The notes below the pieces were generated by a model. That model worked only from the letters and a program-made list of their open reading frames with translations. It made no database searches and was not told the origin of the DNA. A program made the translations under genes and the position numbers. A DNA stretch of 64,000 bases from Psammoneis japonica (taxonomy: Eukaryota). Below are positions 24,118 through 37,499 of the stretch, one piece after another. The first letter of the stretch is position 1. Each line of letters begins with the position of its first letter. Location of the stretch: positions 124,001-188,000 of the forward strand of contig QPGO01000069.1 in the NCBI GenBank assembly GCA_008632985.1, in the 5' to 3' direction.

Positions 24118-26479
24118 ATGGTTCACACAATTTCGAAGAAACGACAGCGACCGCTGAATTGGAAGCAGTCAAACGCTGTCGGAGCTAGCTTGATATCCAT
24201 GGTGTCCATGGCGTCCCTGACAATTTTATCTTCACAGAGCTTTGCCTCTGCCTACATTGCTACTCCAACACGTATTCGACACATGATTCCACGCAAATCA
24301 TCACTTGTAGAAACCATCGCAACATTATCAGAAGAGTCCCCAACACAAGAGGACGATGATTTGTGGTTTGCTGAACAACGCGACAACACAGATACGTTTG
24401 AGCTTCCTCCATGGCTCCAAAGGTTTCAAGAAAGAAGTGACGATTTATCCCGACGCCTTGAGTGGCTTGAATACGCTTTGATGGAACAAGACCTATCTTC
24501 CGGGGACGTCCGGGACATTATAGATTTGATGGAAACTGCTTCGGCGGGGGACACTGCCAAGTTTGTGGGGATGATTGAATTTTGCCACCTCTTGTTGTCG
24601 CTGGAGGAACCGTCAACGGATCAACACGTGTTTGTGACCAAAGAAGTCTTGTTGGCAAGCGTCTTGCATTATGGGGATTGTATAAGTGCTCGCGAAACTG
24701 GTGTGTATGAACTTGTGAAGCAAGCGTGTGAGCATCGTACTACCGTACCCGAAGGAGAATATCTCTTGTCGCCAGGTTGCGAAATCGATGAGGATGGCCC
24801 TCGTCAAGCACAGAGTGTATCCAGTGATGGCGTAATAGATGTAGATGAGTTGGAAAATTCCGCAGTGCGGGTGACTGGTGAACAAGTCAGTGAGTTGGTT
24901 AGGTCTGGACTGTCTAGCATGCTGGAGCCGGATGTGGAAGATGAAGTAATGAGAATTGCGGGTGGCGCAGCTCGAATAAAGCAAATTGAAATCCTGGCTC
25001 ATGCTGTACTTGGTGAGGGTCGGACGCCGTCTCCTGAGCAGGCTTCTCGGTTGCGATCAGTGTTGCTAAGTGTTACGGAAGACTGGAGAGGGTTAGCCAT
25101 TCGATCAGCAGCTTCTCTCTTTCGGTTGGAAGGTATTTTCAGTGCCAACCAAGGGTCAGCAGAATATCTAGAGAGAACACCGCAAGTGATTCAGACGGCT
25201 CGCGATGCTTTGCGAATCTATGCACCCCTTGCTCAGCGGTTGGGAATGCAGCGACTCAAATCGAAACTGGAAGGCTTGGCTTTTCGCATCCTGTATCGGA
25301 GACAATACGAAGCTGTTTCTGCTCTCTATAGACAAAACGGCGCGGCTTGGGGTGCCAGAGAAGCGATGCAATCCATCTCAACCTACCTTACAACACAAAT
25401 TACGCAAGCGCTACATTCCGATGAAAAACTCATGGCGGAACTGCAAGATGTAGATGTTACCGCTCGCGTCAAGGAGCCGTATTCCTTGTGGAAGAAGCTG
25501 CTCAAATCTCGATTGAAAAAGAAGAAGTCGACAGTAATGCCGCTTTTGAAAGGATCTTCTGGTAATTCTCTTCCCTCACAAGAAGACATTTCCGTTCTAG
25601 AAGTTCTTGATGCGATTGCGCTTCGAATTGTACTTAAAGCAAAGAAATGGACTCCAGAAGAGCCAGATGATGTGACACGAGATCGGGAGCGATTGCTGTG
25701 TTACTATGTACAGAAGAAGCTTCTCGAATACTGGCCCGCCGTCGATGAAAGTCGTATCAAGGATTACATTCAAACGCCAAAGCCTAACGGTTATCAAAGC
25801 CTTCACTACACATCTACAGTTGCCTGTTTCGGCGAAGAGTGGCCTTTTGAAGTGCAGGTGAGCACCCCTTGTCGGACAGCAGAGAGAAGTTTTTGTCAGT
25901 CTGACTCATTTGTTGATCCCTCGTTTTGCGCTCAATTAGGTGAGAAGCCAAGAGATGCATCGAGTTGCGGAGTACGGAGTCGCAGCGCATTGGGACTACA
26001 AAATGAAAGGAAACAAGAACCTTTTGCAGATTGCGCCTTCTCCAAGTAGTCATCCAAGCTACTCCACTTCATTTCTTCCATCTACGTTAGAAACGGACAC
26101 AGATACAGAGGTTTCGATTCTTTCCGAGGAAGACACGGTACCAGCTGTAGTCGATGATGAGAAAGACGATGAGTCACTTTCTTCTGCTCATGGGGCATCA
26201 ATAGACTCTTACATTGACGCGCTTGTGACGGCCCGAGAGAATCTGGTGGAGTCCAAGGTCTTTGTGTTCCTCGCGGGTCCGTCTGAAGCTCAGGAAAAGG
26301 GGCAGATCCTATCCCTTCCTGTTGGCGCCAAGGTAGTGGATGCGCTTACTCTCTTCGAAGCGCAAGAGGGAGAAGAAAACGCAGATGCTAATTACGATCC
26401 ACAAGTTTTTCGAAATGGACGACTAGCCCAACTTGATGAATATGTTCGAACAGGTGACTTACTACTCGTTAAACAATAG
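24118..26479 (+). CDS. RSH: RelA/SpoT homolog ((p)ppGpp synthase), probably plastid-targeted; intron 25858-25939
   Basis: YAPLAQRLG, RVKEPYSLWKK, KDYIQTPKPNGYQSLH, EVQ|VRS.EMH.VAEYGVAAHWDYK, TGS-like tail; N-terminal hydrophobic stretch plus ASAY. Confidence 0.93.
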
Positions 26480-26572
26480 CGATAGCTTTTTCAGTAATAG
26501 CTTTTTCAGTACCAGTGTAGCAAACGTGTAGTTATATGCACAGTAAGGAGCAGATGTGCTCGCGGGGTGGGT

Positions 26573-28077
26573 CTATTCTACAATATCCCAGTTGAGTGGG
26601 TATCCCTCAGCAAGTAGAGCATTCCTCAATCTCACGGCGTGCTCCTTTCCCTGCAGCTCCACAACGCACTTGACTTGCACCTGGTCCACACTTGTGTAAA
26701 GCCATGCTCTCTCATGATAAATATCTTTAATGGACGCACCTTGGTCAGACAAGAGCTTTGTCAGTTTGGAGATTCCACCCGGTCGATCCGATACGGTGGC
26801 AATAAAGTTACACAACCGATCGTCTGCACTCATACCTCTGTCCAAAACTCGGCCTAGAACGGTGGTATCAATGTTACCACCGCACAAGGGCACGACAATG
26901 TTCTTGCCCTTGAGTTCTGGTCGATCAAGCTTGCCACCAGGTAAGAGGGCAGCCAGACCAGCAGCTCCTCCTCCTTCTACAACCATCTTTTCATTTTCAA
27001 GCAGACGCAGCACGGCAAGAGCAATTTCCTTTTCGGTACACGAGACACATTCATCCACATAGTGTCGCGCAACCTCAAACGCATGAGGTCCAACCACTGG
27101 AACTGCCAAACCGTCCGCGAGGGTAGGGGTGGTTGGTGCCGGAACAGGTCTTCCAGCCTGGAGAGCCGCAGTGTACGATGCACAAAACTCAGGTTCAACG
27201 CCATAGACCTGATATAGAGTAGGGGGGAAAGCATAACGTCAGTTTAGATAGAAACGTAATCAGGATCAGTGTTATGGTTACTCACCTTTGTATTTGGTTT
27301 AAGAGTCTTCACGGCACAAGCGACACCCGCAATGAGTCCGGCACCACCGACAGGAACGACAACCGCGTCGACACAGGGAACGTCGTCCACAATTTCTACT
27401 CCGACAGTTCCTGCTCCAGCCACGATGGGGGGATCATCGTAGCCATTGACATATTCCAATCCTTCCTTTTCCACAAGAGTCTCGGCGAATTGCTTGGCCT
27501 CCAAAATGTGCGCTCCCTCCAGCATGATGCGAGCTCCAAACTTTCGGCACTTGTCCACCTTGGCAAGTGGTGCAATCGTGGGCATGACAACCGTCACGGG
27601 AACACCCAATTGCTGTCCATGGTAGGCTAGCGCCAAGGCATGGTTTCCAGCAGAAGCAGCAATGACACCCTTCAAATCGGATCCCTTTTCTCTCATGAGT
27701 GCAAGAATCGCATTGCGAGCTCCGCGCTCCTTGAAGGATCCAGTAAACTGCCGAAACTCTGACTTGAGAAAGATATTGGCGCCCACCAATTCAGAAAGAA
27801 AGTACGATTTCTCACAAGACGTCTTTTTGATACCATCACGGATCGCCACGTGAGCGCGAGAAATATCTGCAAACGAAACTGGCAAATCAGGTTCGGTCGT
27901 TACTTTGGCCCTTGGCTGGACAATTTCTGGTTTCTCGTCCTCGTCTTCTTCAAAGGAGTCCTCATCGTCGTCCTGGGTTGCAGAAGAAAAGGAAAAGATG
28001 GACGCCGTCTGACGAGGCATGGTGGTGCGACGCATCGCCACCCGAGACGCAGGAGAAGCCAACACACGAGATAGCAT
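26573..28077 (-). CDS. ilvA: PLP-dependent threonine dehydratase/deaminase with C-terminal ACT domain; intron 27209-27285
   Basis: TGSFKERGA (PLP lysine), ASAGNHA, PVGGAGL, K|VYGVEPE across the splice, CGGNID, DRPG ACT motif; Arg/Ser-rich mitochondrial-like N-terminus. Confidence 0.93.
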
Positions 28078-28701
28078 CGTCAATCAAGCAAAACGTTGAC
28101 AAAGATTCAAACGGAACTTTTTGTGTGTTCAAATCAACAGCAACAGCAACAGAAGAGTTCGGCTCGTGCGTGACGTGGTCACTCGAAGTTAGTTCTGAAG
28201 CTGATGTCATCATTACGTTTGTCGACGTCATCATTACGATATCTTTTCAGCAGCACACTGTCTAAATTCAATAAATGTTCAAGGCAACAGCCAATCAAAT
28301 CGCTTCATTTCAAGTTCTGTAGAGATAATACCAGATCCTACAGCAACAAAGTCATCGCGAGCAGCGAGGTTGCAGAGCCACGTAGATTCAGTACTGAGCT
28401 CTACGACTCCAACTCGGCGCGAGTGTGGCGGCAAATCAGCGAAAGCAAAAAGCAAGAGCGGCTGCCAAAGACGTGGTTTCAAAGACAGCGATCCTTGGCG
28501 TCCTTGGTTACACTTGAACTTATCAAGGCATTGGAACTGTGGGCCTTGGTGATTGCAGTCGTCTCGGTTGCATTTCACTGTGGCCCCGCCTTGCTCTGCT
28601 GCATACTACTACCACCCTCCCGTTTCTGTCGAACTCACGTAGAAGTCATACTGCAGTCCACGTAATTGTTTTTGAACACCTCCTGAAAAGCACTTGCAGC
28701 A

Positions 28702-31154
28702 ATGAGTTCGATACAACGTACCACCGCAACGACCCACCCCGAGCCTGCGACTCATAAGAAAAAGTTTGGTAAGAACCTAAACAAGCTAACAAAGCCTCCG
28801 GCGCCTCCGGTTGCCAACGCCGGTTCGAGGCAAAACACCTCTTCTCGGAACGGTCTGTTGTTGCTCTCTACAAAACGAACTGCTTCGGCGTCTGCTACTA
28901 CGGGAGGCTTGCTCTCGGGCAAGTCACGGACAACCGATGCAACGGGCGGTAGTACGTTGACCAATGATGCGTTACTCAGTGCCGCAATGGGAGCGTCACG
29001 GGGAGACGCTGCTACGCAAGGTGCGGCTTTACAACAACCGGATGCGTGGGGTGTAGCTGAGAAACAACATGCTGCTCCAGAAGCGCCACAGCTTGCACCG
29101 AAAGGAGGAGTATCATCAGGATATCATCAGAATGCTGCGAAAAATGAAGAAACAACACGTAATCGTCCTTCTGAAGCGGCAGCAACAGCAGCTGCTCCGC
29201 GTTATGAACAACGGAGATCTCGTTTCAATGATGGTGATTATCCACCAGAGTACGCCAGAGACAGGCAGCCTAGATCCGATATGGGCGGAGGAGGAGACGA
29301 TGAGCAACTCGCTTACATGTCACGTCTAGCACGCGAACGATCCGAGAGACGGCGAAACGAGGAAGATGCACGGATGCGAGAACAGAAAGACCGAGCAACG
29401 AAAAGGCTCAAGGAGCTAGAAGGGAAAATGTCAAACTCGGATGTAAACGACAGTAGAGCGGTCCATAATCCAGCTGGTGTTCCTCTTAGTATCGTGACTC
29501 CCAAGCCTCCGGTTGTTCTGGAACGTCTTGGCCGCACAAAGTCGGGTAAAGAGGCTGACGGACGCGTTCCTCCTGCTGGTGATCGGGGCATGGCTACTAG
29601 CACCACTACCACCAGAACCTTGTTTGATCCAAACCGCACCGACACGAACCGAACGTACAGCTCACTTGTTGGTGGAAACGCGGCACAAAATAACGATCGC
29701 CTCGGAGCCAGAGACGACAACTCCCCACGGCCAGAAACTACACCAGACCATCGCGGACTAGAAGGCTTGGAGAACCCCAACAATGAGGAGATTTTTCAGC
29801 TCTCGAGTTATGAAGATCGCGATCGTGGCGAACGTAACAATGCTGCTGGACCACGCATGTTGTTTGACCCAAAAAGCGGTTCCATGGTGGCTGTCAAATC
29901 CCGCGACGATGCAGCAACGGGCGGGCGACGAAAAGAACGAGGAAAAGCCAAGGGCCGCAACAACAGCAAGGAATCGCCTGGCAAACTAGCAAACGATGTA
30001 GCCGCCAAGCCATCCAGGAGAGCCAAGGGCCGTAAGGAAATGAAACGCGGCGATTCGGAAGTGTCGGATACTGTAAAGAGCAGTCGTAGAGGAAAGAACA
30101 AGCAGACGAAACGCCTCCCCCGCACTTGTGGTGTGCTCTATGTGCGAGATGAAAACGGTCGTTGCGTTTGTGCGGACGGATGTGATGGCGACGAAGGCTA
30201 TGGATCGCACAGTGTCCCGGGTGGTCGCCTTTTGAACCCTGAAGCTCACGCAAGGTTCTTGGAACAACGACAAGAGCATGCCATGTACGACGAAGCGGGC
30301 AACTACGGGTCGGCCATGAATTACCTCGAGGAGATGCAACCGTATGACGCTGGTATGGATACCATGGGTGGGTACAGCTCGGGTCCGTCTTTGGCTGACA
30401 CTCCCATGACGCCCCAAAAGGTGGATTGGGTCAAACCCAATGAAAAGATCGAGTTGGTGACTGGAGTTGATGATTCACCTACGCTACAGGCAACGGCGAA
30501 CCCGTGGGCTCCCAGCGAGGCTGCCCTCGCTGCAGCAAAGAAGTCGACCGAAAAGAAGAAACCCGTTGACGTTATGAAAAGTCCACCTCGGGATCCTCTT
30601 GAAGATCATGACGACGGCGACGATGATGGTCCGGTAAGCCTACGGATATGCAACATTATTGTGTTTTTGTAGAACTCGCAGTTTACTCACATCTTTTGTC
30701 TCTGTTATTCTAATAGGCTTTTATTGGCCTCGGATTCGACCCAACTGAGAACATGGATTCCGTCATGCGGTCGCCGACGAACGTTCACTCAAGATTGAAG
30801 AACTTTGATGACAAGTTCGACGATGTGGGTTTGACATCGCTTGCTCTCGACTCGGACGACGATGCTGCTGCCCGCAACATTTTTGCGTTTGGCGATTCCA
30901 CTTGGGGCTCCAGTGGTGCAGGGAGATTGTCGACGTGGACCGGTCTTGGGGAGAAGAAAGAAGACGCTTTTGGTACAGCTGCTGCTCAGGATGCAGACGA
31001 CAAAGAGAAAACGGGTGGAGGTACATCCTCGTTTTTGTCGCTTTCTTCCTTGTCTGTGAACCAGGAAAGCAGCACATGGGGTACAACCGGACTTAACGGG
31101 TTGGGGGGAGCGGCGTTGCCAAGCGCGCACGCGAGTGACCATGGCGCTGACTAG
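28702..31154 (+). CDS. Low-complexity protein, PRRC2/BAT2-like; intron 30634-30716
   Basis: N-terminal KKKFGKNLNKL..SRNGLLLLS, charged helix RERSERRRNEEDARMREQKDRATKRLKELEGK, PAM2-like LQATANPWAP; splicing joins the 30753-31154 ORF in frame. Confidence 0.7.
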
Positions 31155-31834
31155 AAAGTGCGATTTTGAGAGTATATCGATATGACCGTTGGTTATGTTG
31201 CATTTTGATTTCAGCTTGATATGACAAGCAACCTTGCGAATGTTTTTTGAAACATGAATTGAATTCGGATTCTTGCAGACTGATATCCAAATATGCATGA
31301 GAATATTCTCTCGAAATTCTTGAGGATTTGAACTGAACAAGAAAGTTGACATTGTTTCCTTCATAAAATGAAACGTAAGATCGGAATTGTCGGATTATCA
31401 GAGATGGGGACTTATGACCTTGCTGTTGCCGCCCAAATTTATGATTCTTGCACGCCTTTTGTGGTTGGAAATGAACGACAAGAGCAACAGAAGGTTGTAG
31501 GGTAAATGCTTAGCTTTTCAATTTGTTTCAGACTTGCTTTCTGTTCAATAAGAGCGTAACAACACATGATGTAATGTACAGTTTGGCCCATGCGGTCTGG
31601 CCGAGGTTTCAGATCAATCAATCTGAAATCGAAGGGCGCGCGTTCGTCATCGAGAAACTCGACTCCATGACCAAACTACAACGCTAAACGCTGCTGCCCT
31701 CTGAGCGCTGACGACACCGTAGTAGGCGCTGGATACCATCTCAGTAGCGGAACACTTCTCCTCTTTCCTTTGTTCATCAAGCTTCGAGGAACTTTTCTCT
31801 TGGTCGCTTTGGACGTTGCCGTTTTCTTTTGAAA

Positions 31835-32361
31835 ATGATGAAGCGCATCGTTTTTTCGATTGTCATGCTGCTGATGACAGCGCCAGCTCTAGTAGCCTTT
31901 GCTCCCTCGCCGGCCTATCGATCAAGACCTCACCTTAACATGGGCTTCTTTGACGGCATTGCTAAGGCTTTTGCCAATGAAGAAGTAAGTCACTGAGAGA
32001 GAGTCAGTTTCTTTCGTTGTCGAAAGTGTGCTCTTTCTCATATCCTTTTCAGTATTCCACTCCACCAGAAGGCATCAAAGCAACCGCTCGACACATTCTT
32101 GTCAAAAATAAGGACGACGTTGACGTTGTGATGGAGAAGCTAAAGGCAGGAGAAGGTTTTGCTAATGTCGCCCGTGAGTATTCTGCCTGCCCCTCTGGAG
32201 CGCAGGGTGGTTCGCTGGGGAGTTTTCGGCCAGGAACTATGGTCGCCGCGTTTGACAAGGTGATTTTTGATCCGGCAACCAATCTACAAGAAATCGTTGG
32301 ACCGGTAGAGACAGATTTTGGTTTTCATCTGATCGTAGTGGATAAGCGAACAGGTGTATAG
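31835..32361 (+). CDS. Parvulin (PpiC)-type peptidyl-prolyl isomerase, plastid-targeted; intron 31985-32052
   Basis: Signal peptide plus VAFAP cleavage motif; ARHILVK, YSACPSGAQGGSLG, FRPGTMVAAFD, TDFGFHLI. Confidence 0.93.
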
Positions 32362-32509
32362 CCAGTAGTTATTTCAGAGGGAAGAAGGAAGAATCACTCC
32401 ACATGTTACTTAAGTCAATTATTGCTACAGCATGTATGATGCGTAAGAGCTTCATGCCTTGCTGCAAAAGCAGGTCTAGACGCAGTGATTCGTTTCAGAA
32501 TCAAGACGA

Positions 32510-35134
32510 TTACGTCTCCTCCATGTGCGCAGAAGAGAGACTAAGAAGCCGTTGCACTTGTGACACGCCCCCATACCATTTGCCTTCTACCAGGGTCCAC
32601 ACATTTACTCCAACCTCGTCTGCTTTGTACTGCTCCCAGATCTTGCGGTAGCAGTCATAGAACTCATGTTTCGAGCACGTCGGTGGTGTGCCCTGTAATC
32701 GGTTTCGGTGTAGAAGTCTCTCCGCTACATCGTTTATATCCGCAACGAGAATCCACACTTGAACGACATAACCGAATCGATGCGCCTTCTGTTGCAACTC
32801 CCGTGCCTTCGTGCAATTATCGGTCAAGGGATAAATCAGGTTGGCTCCGTTCGCGAAAGCAACGTCTATCCCTTGTTCCTTCCACAAATCACGAGAGCGG
32901 CGAATGCCGTCAGAGCAGACCACCTCATCTCCCGGAGCTATCTCCCAAAAGTCGCGATACTGCTCGCAAAAGCACCCACCATCGATCACCTGCCATAAAC
33001 CAGCTGGCAATCCTGTTGGTGTGATCATGTGCCCCGCTTTGACATCAAAATCAACTGGTTCCCCAAAGAGCATCTTCCATTAAAATAGAGAACTTTTACC
33101 TACGCCAGGGGCTCCGCGAAGTATCACGCAAAGCTTCCTTTGCGACTCAACATGAACTCCTTCACCGGAAAGTCGCTTGTACAACACTTGCTCAAACTGC
33201 TGCGGATCACCCAATGAAGCATGCAGAAAGCGGCTGAGTGCTTCCGCCGCTTCCTTTGGAACGTCCCAGTTGACGGGCACAATCTCCATGTCTTCTCCTG
33301 CGCTACAGATGGGGATCTGCTCATTATTGTCTACCAACACCAGTTGGTCGAGCGCCGTAATGCTTCCTGTAGTCCCATTGTCGTTGTCGTCGCATAGAAG
33401 GCGAACGAGATTAAGATATCCACGTTTGTGTTTTTCACGGCAGGAAGGACCGGTGTCGCCTTGCCGCCCACGCAAAATGACCCGGTCACGGCAAATAGAC
33501 CACTGAGCAGCAATGACGTGCACATCGGTAGAGAAACAGAGGCTATAGTTGCCGACCTTATCTGCGTTGTTCACTTCCTCCGAGAGGATACTCGTTACTT
33601 CATGTACTGTCCCGTGATAGTTGCTCGTGGAGAAGATGATGTCAAGTCCAAGGCGCGCAGCCCAGCGAAACAGGGTAAGCTTGAACTTGAAACGCTGAGC
33701 CGGCGAGATAGAGCGGAAGTATTTAGAGCGAAAGAATTGCAACGCTTTCCCATCAAGCCAAACAACGGGCCTTCCACTCTCATTTCGGTGCTGCACGAGT
33801 TTTTCACCGTAGGTTGTCTTACCCGATCCTTTGCAGCCCACAACAAATGTGATGCTGCAACATTTCTCATCGCTATGCCGACGGCGGTCCAGTGTCCAGC
33901 CTTCAGGGAAACTGTGAGTGGATGTCCAGGCGTTTCGGATCAGCTTCATTGTGTCGGCGTATGGCCATGGAGTAAAAAGCTCTGTCAGTCCATAATACCG
34001 TGCCAGAGTATTGAGAAGTGTCTCGTTTCCGACAATCGAATCCTCTGGGAAGAATCGATCCGGGCTTGTCAGCAAAAGCTTTCCACTCTCTTGACTGAGG
34101 ATTGTTTCATCGTAGTAAGTGTGAGGGAGGGAGCGTGGTGTGGATCTTCGTCTAAGAAGTAAGGTAAGTTCTTGCAACTCGATTGACCGCTGCATGCAGC
34201 TCATACTCGGAACATAGCCATTGGCGTATACCTGAAGATGCAAGTGAAGATACTGCCCGCGATTGCTTCCAAAGCAGAACGAAGGGTTGCGAACCGCGGT
34301 TGTTGAATGGAAGCACAAATGACACGCATCCTCTGTAATCTGGTCGTCACTGAAATGAAAGACATCCTGAAGATACCCGAGAGTGTCTTTGCGCAACTGC
34401 TCCAACATGGAAATGTGACTAAGTTCGCAGTCCTGCCACGTACACAAGTACTTGGTGTTGTTGTCGAAAGCTTGCAGCTCAGAAACCTTCACAGCAAGAG
34501 ACGCATCGTACATTGGTTGTGATCCGAAGAAGGAACTGCCAAGTCTGCCGTTGCGCGCAGCCTTGCATAGTTCATGTAGAATGCTACTAGGTTCGACTTT
34601 TACCGCATAGGCTTTGATCAGATCAGGTTCTCTAGGGAAATACGGGCTGATCTCCTGTAGCACGGGGTGTACCCAAAAAACACACAGCCTAAATCCAGCA
34701 GGTTCTCTTTTGTTTATCTCCCAAGGATTCTCAGTAAAGCGTTTGTAGTCAAAGTACACGGGACTCGGAGCTATCAAAAAGTCACCCGAGACACGTTTGA
34801 GCGACGGATTCTGCGTGTAGGTGCGGGACTCGTCGTTGTCGGCCAGCCCGAGAAGGCCCATCATCCACATTGGCACGTAGGCATATTCTTGGATTGTTTC
34901 AGCTGAGTATGTCTCCGCAGATTCTTCGAACTTTCCAAATCCAAAGAAAAGTTCACATAGGCGTTCCTTCACGTCATTCTCGTACCGTGGGGCCTTCACA
35001 TTTTTCCGATGGAGGTGTTGTAGCATCGTTGAGAAAGACATGTCCGCGATAGCATCTTTACGTATCACTAGATCTGGTGTCTCCTGGTCAAATTGACACA
35101 AGCTTTTGGCCGATGCGACACTTGGAAGCGCCAT
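32510..35134 (-). pseudogene. HIT/DcpS-like domain plus two P-loop kinase-like domains, with one in-frame TAA at 33080-33082
   Basis: YLHLHLQ motif; Walker A motifs GCKGSGKT and GAPGVGKS; the frame continues directly F-*-W-K-M into ORF 32510-33073. Confidence 0.6.
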
Positions 35135-35396
35135 GGTTTACACCTTTTTCTTAGAATTTTTGTGCGAAAGTTGGTGACGTCAGGCATTGCGAAATTTTCA
35201 GAGCGATACGGGAAAGCTACTAACTGCGTGTCAAGCTTCTGCCGGTATATCAGCTGTTTTTCTTTTTGGTGAATTCTTCTCGCGCAAGTTTCTTTGTAAT
35301 TGGAGCATGCTCTGCAACTAATCATTTGAGCTGAAGGGGACACAATGCGAAATCTTCACATAAGTACAATATCCAATAATGCGGAAGGAAACTAGC

Positions 35397-35948
35397 TCAA
35401 GTTTCCTTTCTCTCTTTCTTCATGCAAGACTCTTCAAGCTCGCTTGAATTGATAGCTACAGTGGCGTGCTCCTCAAGTGATAATTCTCGATATCCCGTTA
35501 GGGGATCCATGGTTCGATTGAATGAAACGCCTTGGATTGTTCCCAGCACGATTTCCATGGTTGTAAAGACAGTTCCCGAGACCAAATGCCCTCCGTAAGT
35601 GACTCCCTTTGCATCAGAAATCGATATGTGTAAATGAAATTTTGCTGGATCGGCAGAAAAGGTTCCAACGAGGCTTACAACCTCAAATCTTTCATCCTTC
35701 CAGGAGCGAATATCGTTGGCATTGTCCTTCGTTTGTGCCTCGCTACGATTAGCATTTGCGAGACGAAGAGTCACAGCCGAAAGTGACCCTACTGCCGTCA
35801 TTACAAAGCATGATTTTGCCCCGGTCCCTTGGAAGACAGTCTTGACAGCATGCTGTAGAGAAGATACCAGATCGTTTCCTGGGTGGAGACGAAACGCGTG
35901 TGCCTGCATCGGTCCAGAAGCAACGCTGATTTGTTGTGCTTCCGACAT
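35397..35948 (-). CDS. DUF296 / PPC-domain protein
   Basis: FRLHPGNDL, TAVGSL, FEVVSLVGT, HLHISISD..G.TYGGHL, VFTTMEIV. Confidence 0.92.
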   Translation of the reverse strand: MSEAQQISVASGPMQAHAFRLHPGNDLVSSLQHAVKTVFQGTGAKSCFVMTAVGSLSAVTLRLANANRSEAQTKDNANDIRSWKDERFEVVSLVGTFSADPAKFHLHISISDAKGVTYGGHLVSGTVFTTMEIVLGTIQGVSFNRTMDPLTGYRELSLEEHATVAINSSELEESCMKKERKET

Positions 35949-37499
35949 GGATTGCTCGTGCTATTCTCAGAAATGAAACAGCTCCGTTTCACAAGAAGTG
36001 GAAACCACGCGAGCGAGTCTGAAATCTGAAATGCTCAGTGACAACGCACAAAGAACACTCTCAAACGGCAATGGGTGTATGGTATGGAGAAAAGCACCGT
36101 CTCTTGCTTCGCGACTGTTTGCAAGATGGGCCACGGGCCCCAAAGGTACCGTACGGTAGGTTTTGCGCTCAAAAAAGCGCTGAACTGGCTACGTGTGGGC
36201 TACGTAGAAGCAGCACTAATCGATGACGTCACAGGCACCATCCACAACATGCTGTAACACCAACCCCCGCCAACGAAAAAGTCCCTCAGCCAAGAAGGGT
36301 GTGGTGTTGCACCGATGCCGCTGTGCAGAAGCAAGAGGTTGCTTTCAACAGGGTTGAGGAGTGACTCGTCAATTTCTGGTGAGAGTCAGAGGTTGAGAAC
36401 AATGGACCAGAGACTTGGGCAGTGCTTCACAGCAAAAGATGGGTGAGGGGTTCTCACTGCAGCAGTGATGAAAAAAGCCATGGAACAGACGGCATGGCAG
36501 GCAGATGCAGATGCTTCCTGGAGCAAGCATCTCACCAAAAGAGCAGAGGGGTCTTCAAAGGAGGCAGGCAAACTTTGTGAAGTCTCAAATGACTTAAAGA
36601 AAAGCTTGTTGTGCACTTGGCAGTGTTGGCCCAAGTCTCAAGTGCGTCTGTGCTGGAATGTGTGCCCCCTCTCAGACGAGGAGGACTCTCCTGTTTGAAA
36701 ACTAAATGGCAAGTGTTGTCACTTCCTTTGGTGGCCAACAGCTGCAGGTGCATGTGTGTTGGTGCTGCTTTCCAATTGATTCCATTGCAGTTGCTCCACA
36801 GCGTCCCCCCTGGCACATTTCCACACCCTGGTGCATTTTTGCGCATTTGTCTCAAAATGAGCCCCAAAATCTCCAAAATGCACTCAGCGCATCTGGCCAG
36901 TCCTTTGGTTGCAAGCTGAATCTGGATCTAACTTTTTCTTTGCTCACACAGTTGCCACATTTAAATGAAATTTTCAACTGTGCAAAACGCGAAAATGAGT
37001 GCGCCAAAAATCTTCCATTTAAACAAATGTGCTGGTCTTTTTCTTGACCGCAACAGTTTTGTCTCATGGTGCCACAATTCCTTGGACACATTTTGAGCCT
37101 GCAGTTTGGACAACTGTGAAGAGATCCAAGCCCAACAGAAACACAGACAACATCTCATCTGAGTGCGCGCCAGGGCAACAGCGGGGAAAAGTGATGGACA
37201 GATGCGTGTGTGCTGGGAAGACATTGACAGAATGCCGATTGGCAAAAAGAGTGGCAATCCAGCAGACTTCCCAAGCACAAGGAATGATTTGATGACATGA
37301 TTGCTGGCAGCAAAAGAGAACGAGAGAAGCAGACCTCAGAGAGATCATCTGCTGCTTGCGCACCCAGGTCTGACCATCACCCATGCACTCCGTGCTGTGC
37401 TGGTGACACCCTCCCCTGATCTGCAGCGATGTCTTGCAAGACAATGCAGGTCACAAAGAAAGAAAAAAGCAACAGCAACCTTGACCTTGCCAATGGAAA

